From: an uncultured virus (IMG/VR IMGVR_UViG_3300009168_000001)
Lineage: Duplodnaviria; Heunggongvirae; Uroviricota; Caudoviricetes
Strand: one strand, 5' to 3'
Virus record (IMG/VR): IMGVR_UViG_3300009168_000001
Length of the DNA: 64,000 bases
Made by a program: the position numbers and the translations under genes. The notes below the pieces were generated by a model, which was not told where the DNA came from, did not search any database, and worked only from the letters and a program-made list of their open reading frames with translations. Shown piece by piece: positions 29,907 to 39,262 of the stretch; position 1 is the stretch's first letter, and every line of letters begins with the position of its first letter.

Positions 29907-30233
29907 TCATGGCCACCTCCATCCGTCAGCCTCTTCGTCCCACGTCATTCCGACCGGGACCAGCCAGCAATCACCGTCTTGATGGACGGTGTACTTGTTG
30001 CCGGCATCGTCGGTGACGACGGCACTATCGCACACGGTCTCCCATGCGTCCCAGTACTCGCGATGCTCGGGACCGATCTCAAGGATGGCCCAGTCATCGT
30101 CGTCAACGCCGCTGACGCGCTTGGCGCGCTCCTCCTTCGTCCACGACTGAGCGAAGTCGCGCGGGATGTAAACGCCGCGCGCGTCGTTCAGAAACAGGAA
30201 CGGCTCTGGCCGTTCGTAATGTGCCTCACTCAT
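29907..30233 (-). CDS. Phage hypothetical protein
   Basis: DARGVYIPRDF...YWDAW...QDGDCW; AAGGAGCAAC RBS. Confidence 0.6.
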   Translation of the reverse strand: MSEAHYERPEPFLFLNDARGVYIPRDFAQSWTKEERAKRVSGVDDDDWAILEIGPEHREYWDAWETVCDSAVVTDDAGNKYTVHQDGDCWLVPVGMTWDEEADGWRWP

Positions 30234-30715
30234 CGTTGCTCCTTCTGTGGAATATTCCATTGCATGCCGTCCTGATCGGGCTCGGTCATGTAGACTTTGT
30301 GCGCGCTTTGCGGCGTGAACATCGTTCGCTCGGTTGATCGTGGGTAGCCGACGACGACGTTGCCGCCGTTGTTGACCAGCGAGTGGATGAGACTGAGCAC
30401 CGACTTGTTGTCAATCGCGCCGGCTGCGTTGGGCAGGATGGTCGCCGCCATGATGTTATCGTTGGTCGATGGCGAGAACACCACCTTGCAACGATCAGGC
30501 CTGAGCGCTGGCGGCAGTCTCTCGTGCGGGTCCTCGCGTGACTGGCTCATCAGCCAGAGGCACTCGAAGTCTCGACAGGTCGCGGGCCGGGCGTCGTAGA
30601 TGGTGCAGCCCTCGCCAACGGCGCAGTGCTTGCACCAGTCGCCGGCCTTGCTCTGCACCTCGGGCACCTCGAACACGCGACAGCACGCGGTGCACGTGCC
30701 ACAGTGGTTGGTCAT
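30230..30715 (-). CDS. YkgJ-like cysteine-cluster protein
   Basis: CGTCTACC...C.IYDARPATCRDFECLW. Confidence 0.7.
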   Translation of the reverse strand: MTNHCGTCTACCRVFEVPEVQSKAGDWCKHCAVGEGCTIYDARPATCRDFECLWLMSQSREDPHERLPPALRPDRCKVVFSPSTNDNIMAATILPNAAGAIDNKSVLSLIHSLVNNGGNVVVGYPRSTERTMFTPQSAHKVYMTEPDQDGMQWNIPQKEQR

Positions 30716-31217
30716 GGCTTCACCTCATCGTAGGTGACGACGTCGATGCCCATCGCGATCAGCTTGGCGCTGGCCTCGCGGTGGACGTTGACCCAGTAGG
30801 CGAAGTTCTCGCGCTTGTAGGGCCGGGCGTGCAGGGCGGCGTCGACGTTGGTCGCCGCGACCGAGCGGTGGGTGATCAGCGCGCTGAGCTCGATGGCGAG
30901 GGCGCGGTCAACGATGGTCGTCATAGTGTTGCTCCTTACGTTTGATGTTGTCGGACTTGATGCGAACGCGCAGCGCAAGCCGGCTGTTGGGTTTCAGTTT
31001 GCGCCAGTACGCCGCGCGCTGCACCAGTTGCATGACGCGCGGCGGACCGGCAGGGATGAACACCTCGACGTGGTTGTCAGTCACGCGGTAGGAATTACCC
31101 TTGTGCTCGATGATCATTTGCAGTGCTGAGCCGTGCCGTGGTTGTGGCAGGTGTGGTTGGGATGTGCGTTGCTCACCGTGAGCGATGACAACAGCGCGAG
31201 GATGACGAACAGGACTT

Positions 31218-31427
31218 TCATGGTTGCTCCTTTGAGACTCGTTTGACGGTGGCTCTGACGTACTTCATGAAGCTTCGAGAGGATGGGGAAGCCGCGACGA
31301 TGACGAAGCGGCCATTCGGCAACCGTAGACGGTAGTGCCCGCCGCCGGTTGGTTCGAGATCAGCGCCGGGAAATTCCCGGCGGAGCTCGCGCACGATCTT
31401 GCGCATCAGTGCTTGTGGCTCGACCAC
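31218..31427 (-). CDS. Small HicA-like fold protein
   Basis: TGGGHYRLRLPNG...SPS motif. Confidence 0.4.
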   Translation of the reverse strand: MVEPQALMRKIVRELRREFPGADLEPTGGGHYRLRLPNGRFVIVAASPSSRSFMKYVRATVKRVSKEQP

Positions 31428-31756
31428 GTGGCACCGCCATCGTGGCTATGGTGGCCTTGCGCCAGCGCCTGTCGACTGACGCCGCGCCCGGCCAGTTGCT
31501 CGGCACGAGCAATCGCTTGCTTGGCCAGAGCCGAGCCGGTCGCCATGATGACGCGGTAGGTACAAGCGTCGCTGACACCGCCGCGCTCGGCATCGGTCAT
31601 GCCCGTGAAGGCAATGGCACCGGTCCGCTTGTCGACGGCGATCTTGATCTTGCCCTTGCGGATGAGCTCATCGGTGAACGCGATGATCTCCTTCACTTGG
31701 GTCTTACGTTCGGAGAGAGTCTGGTTCTTGTTCTGGAGTCGAGTATCGCATGCCAT
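31406..31756 (-). CDS. AAA-associated hypothetical protein
   Basis: RBS present; third gene of the AAA cluster; C-terminal GHHSHDGG. Confidence 0.6.
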   Translation of the reverse strand: MACDTRLQNKNQTLSERKTQVKEIIAFTDELIRKGKIKIAVDKRTGAIAFTGMTDAERGGVSDACTYRVIMATGSALAKQAIARAEQLAGRGVSRQALAQGHHSHDGGATWSSHKH

Positions 31757-31812
31757 GATGGTTGCTCCTCGTGAGAGTGAACCGGGCGGCGGTGGTGCCG
31801 CCCGGGTATCGC

Positions 31813-32601
31813 TTACAGGTCGATGGCGTGGGCCTTGGGCTTCGCGGCCTTGACCTTGGCCTCGGGTGCCAGATCGAGCGCCCGGCCTTCCTGACGTGGC
31901 GTGGCCACCTCGCGGGCCTCATCGAGATCGAGGAACGCGGTGCGCGCCTCGGTCACCTTGCGGATCGCCCGCAGGTCGATCTCGGCGGCAGCGGTCTCGC
32001 CGGCCTGTACGATCTTGCGTGCCGATGAGCGCGCCGCATCGATGGCCAACTGTATCCGCACCGCAGCGTCAGGGCTGAGCATCTGGCCGATGCCCTTGGC
32101 CTTGTTGGCGGCGTCGCGGATCGACTTGACGTCGAGGTTCTTCAGGCCTTGCTCCATCTGGCCCAGAAGATCAGAGACTTCCGAGTTGATGGCGCGGACC
32201 GCCTCGACATCGTCGGCGGCGATCTTGCCAACCATGACGTAGACCGACACGCGGGTCAGGGTCGCCGTGGAGTTGAAGCTGTCAACGATCTGGTGCGCAT
32301 CCTTGATCGCCTTGTCGAGCTCTTGCTGCGCGGCCTCGGGGCAGAGCAAGCCGAACGCTGAGTTGACGCACACGCTATTGATGATCGAGCGTGCCTTGCC
32401 GCGCGCCTCGCCGGCAGCCTTGAATTCGACCGGGTCGGCGATCACGCGCTTGGTCTCCCACTCGGCAATCGCCTTGCCGTCGTCGGTGGTGGCGCTGCCA
32501 AGGTCGCGCTTGTCGTACTTGACGTTGCCCTTCACGCTGGTCTTGAGCGAGATGAGGAAGCCGGGGCGGAGGGTTTCGACGTTGGATAATTTCGGTGACA
32601 T
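31813..32601 (-). CDS. AAA-associated helical protein (262 aa)
   Basis: AAGGAGCAACC RBS; Ala-rich helices; hairpin at 31783-31804 downstream. Confidence 0.65.
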   Translation of the reverse strand: MSPKLSNVETLRPGFLISLKTSVKGNVKYDKRDLGSATTDDGKAIAEWETKRVIADPVEFKAAGEARGKARSIINSVCVNSAFGLLCPEAAQQELDKAIKDAHQIVDSFNSTATLTRVSVYVMVGKIAADDVEAVRAINSEVSDLLGQMEQGLKNLDVKSIRDAANKAKGIGQMLSPDAAVRIQLAIDAARSSARKIVQAGETAAAEIDLRAIRKVTEARTAFLDLDEAREVATPRQEGRALDLAPEAKVKAAKPKAHAIDL

Positions 32602-32628
32602 GATGGTTGCTCCTTGAGCATGAGAATG

Positions 32629-32661
32629 AAAAAGGCGACGCCGCACCATTGCAGCGTCGCC
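32629..32661 (-). terminator. Intra-operon Rho-independent terminator after the AAA gene
   Basis: GGCGACGC/GCGTCGCC stem followed by T5 on the - strand. Confidence 0.6.
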
Positions 32662-32668
32662 GTTGGTT

Positions 32669-34255
32669 TTACAGATCGAGCGCGCGAACCTTGCGCGCCT
32701 GATCGGTTGCCTCGGGTGCCGAGGCGGGACGCGCCCGACCGGCAGCCCAGTCACGCAGCGCCGTGATCTTCTCGGACGCTGTCACGCTGAGCGGCACCAC
32801 CGTCTTGGCGGCGTCGATCAGATCGACCGTGGTGATCTCGCGAGCACCATCGTTGAACGCTGCGAACAGCGCATCGGGCACGATGGCTGCGATCTCCGAG
32901 CCGGTGAAGCCCTCGGTCGCTTTCGCAACCTTGGCCGCATCGACCTTGACGTCGCCGCGATCATACTGACGCAGTGCGGCAGCGAGCACCGCGTGGCGCT
33001 CGACCGTGGTGGGCAGGTCAACGAACCACAGTTCATCGAACCGACCCTTGCGCAGCAACTCCGGTGGCAGCGAGGATGCATCGTTCGCCGTCGCAATGAC
33101 GAACGCTTCGCCCTGTCGCTCCTGCATCCAGTTCAACACCGCACCAAGCGCATCGCTCGACACGCCGCCGTCAGACGATCCCGACGTCGCGCCTTGCAGC
33201 GCTTTTTCGATTTCATCGAACCAGACAACGCACCTGCCAATCGCTTCGATCAGCTTGAACAGCCGGCGCAGGTTGGCTTCACTGTCTCCGACGAACTTGG
33301 ACTTGAGCGCGCCAAGGTCGACCTTCAACAGCGGACACTGCCACGCGGTCGAGACCGCCTTGGCCGTGAGCGACTTGCCGGTGCCCGGGATGCCGACGAG
33401 CAAGATGCCCTTCGGTGCCGGCAGGCCGTAAGCCCGCGCAGCCGGCGAGTAGGCCGACTTGCGGACGCCGAGCCAGCCCTTGAGGTTATCAAGGCCGCCG
33501 ACCGCATCGAGGCCGCCTTTCATCGGCTCGATCCATTCCACGACGCGCTCGCGGCTAACGACGCGCTTCTTCTCGTTGGCGACCAGCACCGGGTCGATCT
33601 TGCGCAACTGCACCAGTGACCGGGCGTAGCACGCCTGAGCCTCTTCGCCGGAGAGGCCGACCGCCGCATCGATGGCGGCGTCGCGCTGACCGTTGGGCGC
33701 TGCGCTTTCACGCAGGTCATCGGGCAGGCCTTCAATCGCCGCATCGAGGATCGCGGCGATCTCCGCCCGATCCGGCATCGGCCAGTCGATGACCGTGGCA
33801 TGGCCAGCGAGCTCCGCCGGCATGTCCGCCTTGGGCGAGATCACGATCAGCGCCTGCGCCGAGTCGCGCGGTGCGCCCGGCAATGACCGCGCGAGGTTGC
33901 GCAGCATGCGCACGGTGGTGAAGCCCACGGCACCTTCGAGCCACGGTGCCAGATCGCGCATGATCCAGACGCCGCGCTCACGTCCCGAGGCGCGCCCACC
34001 GATCAGGGTGAGCACGGCAGCCGGGTCCTCGCTGCCACGCATCTCGGTGACAGGTTTGCCGGAAAGATCGGCGACGCCCTGAGCGACGTCCCACGTGCGC
34101 GGGATGTAGCCGGCAGCGGCAGCCGCTTCGATCAGAAGCGCCTCGACCCGCGCCTCTTCGCGGGTGACGATCCAGATCAGCGGGTTACGTGCCCGCAGTA
34201 GAGCGGAGACGTCAGCGGCGACCACTTGGCCGCGTGTCTTGGTTTCGGTAGTCAT
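32669..34255 (-). CDS. Ycf46-like AAA+ ATPase
   Basis: Walker A GIPGTGKS, Walker B VWFDEIEK, ATAN, RKGRFD; degenerate N-terminal AAA module. Confidence 0.9.
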   Translation of the reverse strand: MTTETKTRGQVVAADVSALLRARNPLIWIVTREEARVEALLIEAAAAAGYIPRTWDVAQGVADLSGKPVTEMRGSEDPAAVLTLIGGRASGRERGVWIMRDLAPWLEGAVGFTTVRMLRNLARSLPGAPRDSAQALIVISPKADMPAELAGHATVIDWPMPDRAEIAAILDAAIEGLPDDLRESAAPNGQRDAAIDAAVGLSGEEAQACYARSLVQLRKIDPVLVANEKKRVVSRERVVEWIEPMKGGLDAVGGLDNLKGWLGVRKSAYSPAARAYGLPAPKGILLVGIPGTGKSLTAKAVSTAWQCPLLKVDLGALKSKFVGDSEANLRRLFKLIEAIGRCVVWFDEIEKALQGATSGSSDGGVSSDALGAVLNWMQERQGEAFVIATANDASSLPPELLRKGRFDELWFVDLPTTVERHAVLAAALRQYDRGDVKVDAAKVAKATEGFTGSEIAAIVPDALFAAFNDGAREITTVDLIDAAKTVVPLSVTASEKITALRDWAAGRARPASAPEATDQARKVRALDL

Positions 34256-34482
34256 GGTGTTGCTCCTTGTGCTGAATGATCAGCGGTTGAACAGTGACGT
34301 GAGAAGCGCCGGGCCCTCGGTCCGGTCGCCGGCTTCGATCTCTTCGACGGCTTCGTCGGCGAGTTGGTCGATGCACTCTTCGCAGAGATACTCATCGACC
34401 GAGCGGCACCAGTAGAGATCGGTGACGCGCGGGCAGCGGTTGCAGCGGTGGGTGAGTTGCGAGAATTGCATGGTGTTGCTCC

Positions 34483-34701
34483 TCAGTGGTTGAGCGCCGC
34501 AACGGCGGCGTTGATGTCGTCCTGTTTGGCCGACGTCTTGATGATCTTGAACTTGGTGCCCTTCGGTACCGTGAAGCCGATGCTGTCGTGCATCGACTGG
34601 CCTTCTTCGACCACGACGTTGCGGTCGTAGTCACCGAACTGCGGCGACCATGTCTTGGTCTCGGGATCGCGTTCGATCAGCGTGTAGTAATGACGTGCCA
34701 T
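34483..34701 (-). CDS. Small hypothetical protein, first gene after the structured leader
   Basis: AAGGAGCAAC RBS; WSPQFGDYD. Confidence 0.6.
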   Translation of the reverse strand: MARHYYTLIERDPETKTWSPQFGDYDRNVVVEEGQSMHDSIGFTVPKGTKFKIIKTSAKQDDINAAVAALNH

Positions 34702-34724
34702 CGTGTTGCTCCTTGTTGATGGTG

Positions 34725-35125
34725 ATGAAGTGCATCTTGCCGCAGCCGGTTCGTCGTCAGGCTAGAATTGCAAACTGCGTTGTCCTGATCGTCGTCGTGC
34801 TGCGGTGTAGATGAACTCGTTGGCCCCGTGGTCACCGCGCAGTCGTTATGGCGTGCTGCGCATCTAGTGTGGGTGGCTGCCGTTCTTCCTGACGTCGTGA
34901 TGGCGTGCGTCAGGGTCTCAGTGGCAGAGGACGACGCGGGCATTTGATTGCTCCCCAGAGACCTGAACCATTGGGCTTCCCCCCAGTGGAAAGATCGAGG
35001 AGAGGCTTGCCTGCATCCGTCGATCCGGTCGTTCCGGCCCCGGGTCGTGAAGTGAGCCTGTATGAGGCCGCACCCGGGGGGTCGATCTCGCCGCCCGATC
35101 AACCGGACCGAACAACGAGCCCTCA
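34725..35125 (-). ncRNA. Candidate structured leader / ncRNA
   Basis: Dense nested inverted repeats and twin hairpins with a shared 13-nt loop; no convincing CDS. Confidence 0.5.
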
Positions 35126-35245
35126 ATCTAGCGCCCACCGTGGCGAATACAAGTGACTGTTGAGCCTGTACAACAAATAATTTCATCAGGGAACCCTTGG
35201 GAAATCAGCCACTTAGGCCAAACCAGCGCTCTGGGTGGTGAATTA

Positions 35246-35283
35246 TCGCTCCCGGGGATGGCTAAATCGACCACCGGGAGCGA
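35246..35283. promoter_or_regulatory. Perfect 10-bp inverted repeat upstream of the nusG-like gene
   Basis: TCGCTCCCGG-N18-CCGGGAGCGA. Confidence 0.45.
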
Positions 35284-35373
35284 CGCATTGTCCCTTGGGC
35301 CAAGCTTGACGGGCCCCATCACCGCCGGCAGGGTGCAACCCTTCAAACCGATTCGAGACGGGAGGAATGCACG

Positions 35374-35841
35374 TTGTTCTGGTCCGTCGTTCAGTCACAG
35401 CCGGCCTGCGAGCGCCGCGCCATCACCCACATCGAGCGGCAGGGCTTCACGCTGTATGCGCCAAAGGAAAAGATCATCCGCATCGTGCGGGGTCGCAAGG
35501 TGCACACATGGCGCTGGTTATTCCCGCGCTATTTGTTTGTGTGGATCGAAGATCAGTGGCAGCGCCTGTTCTCGACCATCGGTGTCACCACCGTGCTCAT
35601 GAACGGCGACAAGCCGGCCAAGCTGCCAGATGAATTCATTCCCGACATGAAGTCCCGCGAACACCACGGACTGATCGAGCTCAAGCGCTCTCGGTTCAAC
35701 AAGGGACAACAAGTGCAGGTAACCGGCGGATTGTTCGTCGGTCAGCGCGGCATCTACCAGAACATGACATCTCGACAGCGCGAGGTGATCTTACTGGAGA
35801 CGCTGGGCAGAGTTGAACTGGCTCCGGGCTTGCTGAGATAA
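35374..35841 (+). CDS. NusG/RfaH-family antiterminator
   Basis: W.VVQ...LFPRYLFV...STIGV (NGN domain) and GQQVQVTGGLFVG (KOW); GGAGG RBS, TTG start. Confidence 0.85.
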   Translation: MFWSVVQSQPACERRAITHIERQGFTLYAPKEKIIRIVRGRKVHTWRWLFPRYLFVWIEDQWQRLFSTIGVTTVLMNGDKPAKLPDEFIPDMKSREHHGLIELKRSRFNKGQQVQVTGGLFVGQRGIYQNMTSRQREVILLETLGRVELAPGLLR

Positions 35842-35946
35842 AGCAGCACCATGTGGGCGAACTGATCTGGCATCGCGTCACACCGTGCCAGTGGTCGACC
35901 GGTAGTGGCCAACTGAACCTCATCTGTAAACAACAGGCATCATCAC

Positions 35947-36426
35947 ATGACCGATACAACGGACATGGGCTCCAACGTCGTACCGATAAAGAAGGACAAA
36001 CGCGGTCGCTTCGGCAAAGAGGGCGTGCCCAACCCGGGCCGGCTGCGCGGCACCGTCAACAAGAACACCCGCCTGTTAAGGGAAGCGATCATGCTCGCTG
36101 CCGAGATCGAGGGACAGGACGGTCAGGGCAAGGGCAAGCTGGTCGGCTTCTGCCGCAGGGTGGCGCAAGAGGACCTGCGCGCGTTCTGCATGTTGCTCGC
36201 ACGCGTGATCCCGTTGCAGGTGGAGAGCAAGACCATCGATGACACGCCAAAGCGCACCACCTACAAATCAGTGGACGAGGTGAAGCGCGAACTGGCCAGC
36301 CGTGGCATCTCGATGGAGGTGATGTTCAAGATCATGCAGGCCGAGCCTGATCCGATGGCCACCAAGGAGACCACCACCATCGACAGCGACACTCCGCCGG
36401 AGAGCATTGACGTCATCGAACCGTGA
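35947..36426 (+). CDS. Terminase small subunit (putative)
   Basis: GRF.K...NPGR..GTVNK motif; directly upstream of TerL. Confidence 0.65.
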   Translation: MTDTTDMGSNVVPIKKDKRGRFGKEGVPNPGRLRGTVNKNTRLLREAIMLAAEIEGQDGQGKGKLVGFCRRVAQEDLRAFCMLLARVIPLQVESKTIDDTPKRTTYKSVDEVKRELASRGISMEVMFKIMQAEPDPMATKETTTIDSDTPPESIDVIEP

Positions 36427-36442
36427 CAGATAGAAATGCCGC

Positions 36443-37909
36443 ATGGTTCAATTCCCACCCGAGAAGGAAGAGCTAACCGAGGCTGATCAAGCCAAGCTGA
36501 ACGAGCTCGGCTACGCGGTGGCCCGCGATGACTTCTACGCCTTCCGCAACATCATCCGGCCCAACATGGTCAAGACGTGGTGGCAGAAGCATCTCGCCGA
36601 TAACCTGCAATGGTTCTACGGGCAGATGGTCAAGGGCAAGCGCCCGGCGATGGTGATCATGGCACCACCGCAGCACGGCAAGACCGAACAGGTGACGGAC
36701 TTCATTTCGTGGGTGGCCGGCAGAGACCCGAACCTGCGCACCATCTTTGGATCGTACAGCGACGAGCTCGGCGTCAAAGTGAACCTCGCGCTGCAACGCA
36801 TCTACGACAGCGAGCGCTACCGGCAGGTGTTCGAGCTCACCCGCATCAATGACACCGCCGCATCGTCAACCGCCGCGCGATGGCTGCGCAATTCAACGAT
36901 CCTCGAATACGTCGGCTACGAGGGATCGTTCCGCAACACCACCGTGATGGGCCAGATCAACGGCATGGGGCTCGACCTTGGCGTGATCGATGATCCGATG
37001 AAGGGCCGCGCCGAAGCGCAGAGCAAGACGATACGCGACAAGACGTGGAGTTGGATGACCGACGACTTCTTCGGGCGCTTCAGTGATCAGGCCGGCCTGT
37101 TGATGATCATGACACGCTGGCACCTCGATGATCCGCTCGGCAGGTGGATCGAGCACTTCCCGCAGACACGCGTGCTGCGCTACACCGCAGTGGCCGAACG
37201 CAACGAGAAATTCCGCCAGAAGGGCGAAGCGCTCTTCCCCGAGATGAAGCCGCTGGAGTTTCTGCAACAGCGGCGCAAGGTGCTCACCAACGCCGGCTGG
37301 CAATCGATCTACCAGCAAACACCGGTCGCTGCCGGCGGCGATATGTTTCCGACCGAGCGCTTCAACATCATCTCAGGCGTCGACCGTTCGCAAATCAGGA
37401 AGAGCATTCGCTACATCGACAAGGCCGGCACCAAGGACGGCGGCGCGTACACCGCAGCGACGCTGGTGCACGACATGCGCGACGGCACCACCGTGATCGA
37501 GGACGTGATCCGTGGCCAGTGGTCGGCCATCGAGCGCGAGCAACGCATCCTGCAAGCGGCGCAAACCGACAAGGTAATCTGCAAGCGCTACTCGGTATGG
37601 GTGGAGCAAGAGCCGGGATCAGGTGGCAAGGAATCCGCCGAGGGCACCATCCGCAGACTCAAAGGTTTCGATGCGCACGCCGACAAGGTGACCGGAGCGA
37701 AAGAGGTTCGAGCCGAGCCCTACGCCGCACAGGTGCAGGCCGGCAACGTGTCGCTGGTCGCAGGCGAGTGGAATAGGGCTTTCCTGCAAGAGCACGAGGA
37801 GTATCCTTACGGTAAGTACCTCGATCAGGTCGACAGTGCAGCCGGCGCGTTCAACAAGCTGGCCGAGAGCATCGGGTCGTATGATCGAACGCTGTCGTGG
37901 GTGGGGTGA
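36443..37909 (+). CDS. terL: Terminase large subunit
   Basis: APPQHGKT, GVIDDP, MTRWH; nuclease motifs DKAG and DQVD. Confidence 0.92.
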   Translation: MVQFPPEKEELTEADQAKLNELGYAVARDDFYAFRNIIRPNMVKTWWQKHLADNLQWFYGQMVKGKRPAMVIMAPPQHGKTEQVTDFISWVAGRDPNLRTIFGSYSDELGVKVNLALQRIYDSERYRQVFELTRINDTAASSTAARWLRNSTILEYVGYEGSFRNTTVMGQINGMGLDLGVIDDPMKGRAEAQSKTIRDKTWSWMTDDFFGRFSDQAGLLMIMTRWHLDDPLGRWIEHFPQTRVLRYTAVAERNEKFRQKGEALFPEMKPLEFLQQRRKVLTNAGWQSIYQQTPVAAGGDMFPTERFNIISGVDRSQIRKSIRYIDKAGTKDGGAYTAATLVHDMRDGTTVIEDVIRGQWSAIEREQRILQAAQTDKVICKRYSVWVEQEPGSGGKESAEGTIRRLKGFDAHADKVTGAKEVRAEPYAAQVQAGNVSLVAGEWNRAFLQEHEEYPYGKYLDQVDSAAGAFNKLAESIGSYDRTLSWVG

Positions 37910-38105
37910 TGACCAACGATGAAATCAGGGACGCGCTCAAGATCATGAAGCAACGCGTCATGGGCAAAGGGCTGTTGCGGATGACCGATGATCGCACGTC
38001 GGCCATGCTCGATCTGATCATCGACGCCGAGATGATGTTGACGGTGGGAGGCAGCCGGCCACGCAACGAGATCGTCGCCGACATCGAGCGCGAACTTCAG
38101 GTGAA

Positions 38106-38294
38106 GTGATGGCCGACCTAGAGAAGATGCTTCGCGACAAGCAAGAATCCTTACCACCACTTCGCGAGCGGGCCGAGGACTGGATCGACCGGCTCGGGGA
38201 TTGGAAGTACACCAAGGTTCGCTGGTATCACTATTTGATTGCGCTCCTCGCCTACGCTGCGGGATATTGGACCGCGTGGTTCTTCGGAGTGTGA
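38106..38294 (+). CDS. Small C-terminally anchored membrane protein (paralogue of 3323-3502)
   Basis: MADLEKMLRDKQ... followed by a TM segment. Confidence 0.55.
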   Translation: MMADLEKMLRDKQESLPPLRERAEDWIDRLGDWKYTKVRWYHYLIALLAYAAGYWTAWFFGV

Positions 38295-38507
38295 GATGGT
38301 TGCGACCGTGACGCCGATCAATGGCATGCAGGTGATCGTGGTGCCCGACAACGATGCTGACGCGGTCAACGTGCCGCCCGGCATCCTCAAGATGCTCGGA
38401 CCCAACACCACGCTGATGAGCAACGACAGCCGGCGTTGCTACATGCGCAAGACGCACTGGGAAAATATGAAAGACAGCTTCGCACTAACCAGCAAGTGAG
38501 GGACACC

Positions 38508-38975
38508 ATGCTGACCGTCGTCAATGGACCGATCATTCGTGCAGGTGAGTCACTGTCAGAGCCCATCGACTGCGGTGACGGGCAGATGGTGCGCATCACC
38601 ATGCCGGCGGACTGGACGTTCGCCGCGCTGACGTTTCAATTCTCCACCGATGGCACGTTCTTTAATGAGATGTACGGGCTCGACGGTTTCGCCGTCACCA
38701 TCAAGACCGTGGTGCCCGGAAGTGGCGTGATCATTCCCGAGGAGATCGGGCGCGCCATCAAGTTTATCAAGTTCAGGTCGGGGCACGAGGGCAACCCGGT
38801 GCCGCAGGAGGCGGATCGCAATTTCGCCGTTGCGGTCTACAGCGAGGGCGCAGCACCAGCACCCGCGCGCTCGGCATCGAAGAAGCGGCTTCCATCCGAG
38901 ATGGAAACGATGATGGAGGAGCGGCGTGCAAAGAAGCCGCCGGCCAAGAAGAAGGCCGCGAAGAAAAAGCGCTAG
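38508..38975 (+). CDS. Beta-rich hypothetical protein with a Lys-rich tail
   Basis: GESLS...ITMPADWT.A.LTFQ.S.DG; ends KKPPAKKKAAKKKR. Confidence 0.6.
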   Translation: MLTVVNGPIIRAGESLSEPIDCGDGQMVRITMPADWTFAALTFQFSTDGTFFNEMYGLDGFAVTIKTVVPGSGVIIPEEIGRAIKFIKFRSGHEGNPVPQEADRNFAVAVYSEGAAPAPARSASKKRLPSEMETMMEERRAKKPPAKKKAAKKKR

Positions 38976-39262
38976 CATGTGGCTGTTGCTGGCGGTGTTC
39001 GCCGTCGCTGCCCTGATCGACCATTCGTACTATCTCGCGACCATGTTCGTGCTGACGTCGCTGTTCTACGCGCTGACGAGGTTGTCATGACGCATCACGT
39101 CATCGAGCGCACATCCCCGAAAGGGCAGGACTTCATCGGCACCTGTCGCCTGTGCGGCATGCGTGGGCTGAAGATGTCGGCGGTGCATGAGGATTGTGAG
39201 AACGTGCGCGGTCTCACGCCGGAGCAAGCGTTGCTTGAGGCGATACACGGCGAAGAGGTGAA

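Noticed and set aside
34677..35186. 169-aa - strand ORF across the structured leader (internal ATG after GGAGCAAT at ~34943)
   Set aside because: S/T/H-rich, non-protein-like composition, and the region is better explained by RNA structure. A leader peptide cannot be excluded.
35895..35910. ops-like CCGGTAG downstream of the nusG paralogue
   Set aside because: Only a partial match to GGCGGTAG; expected by chance.
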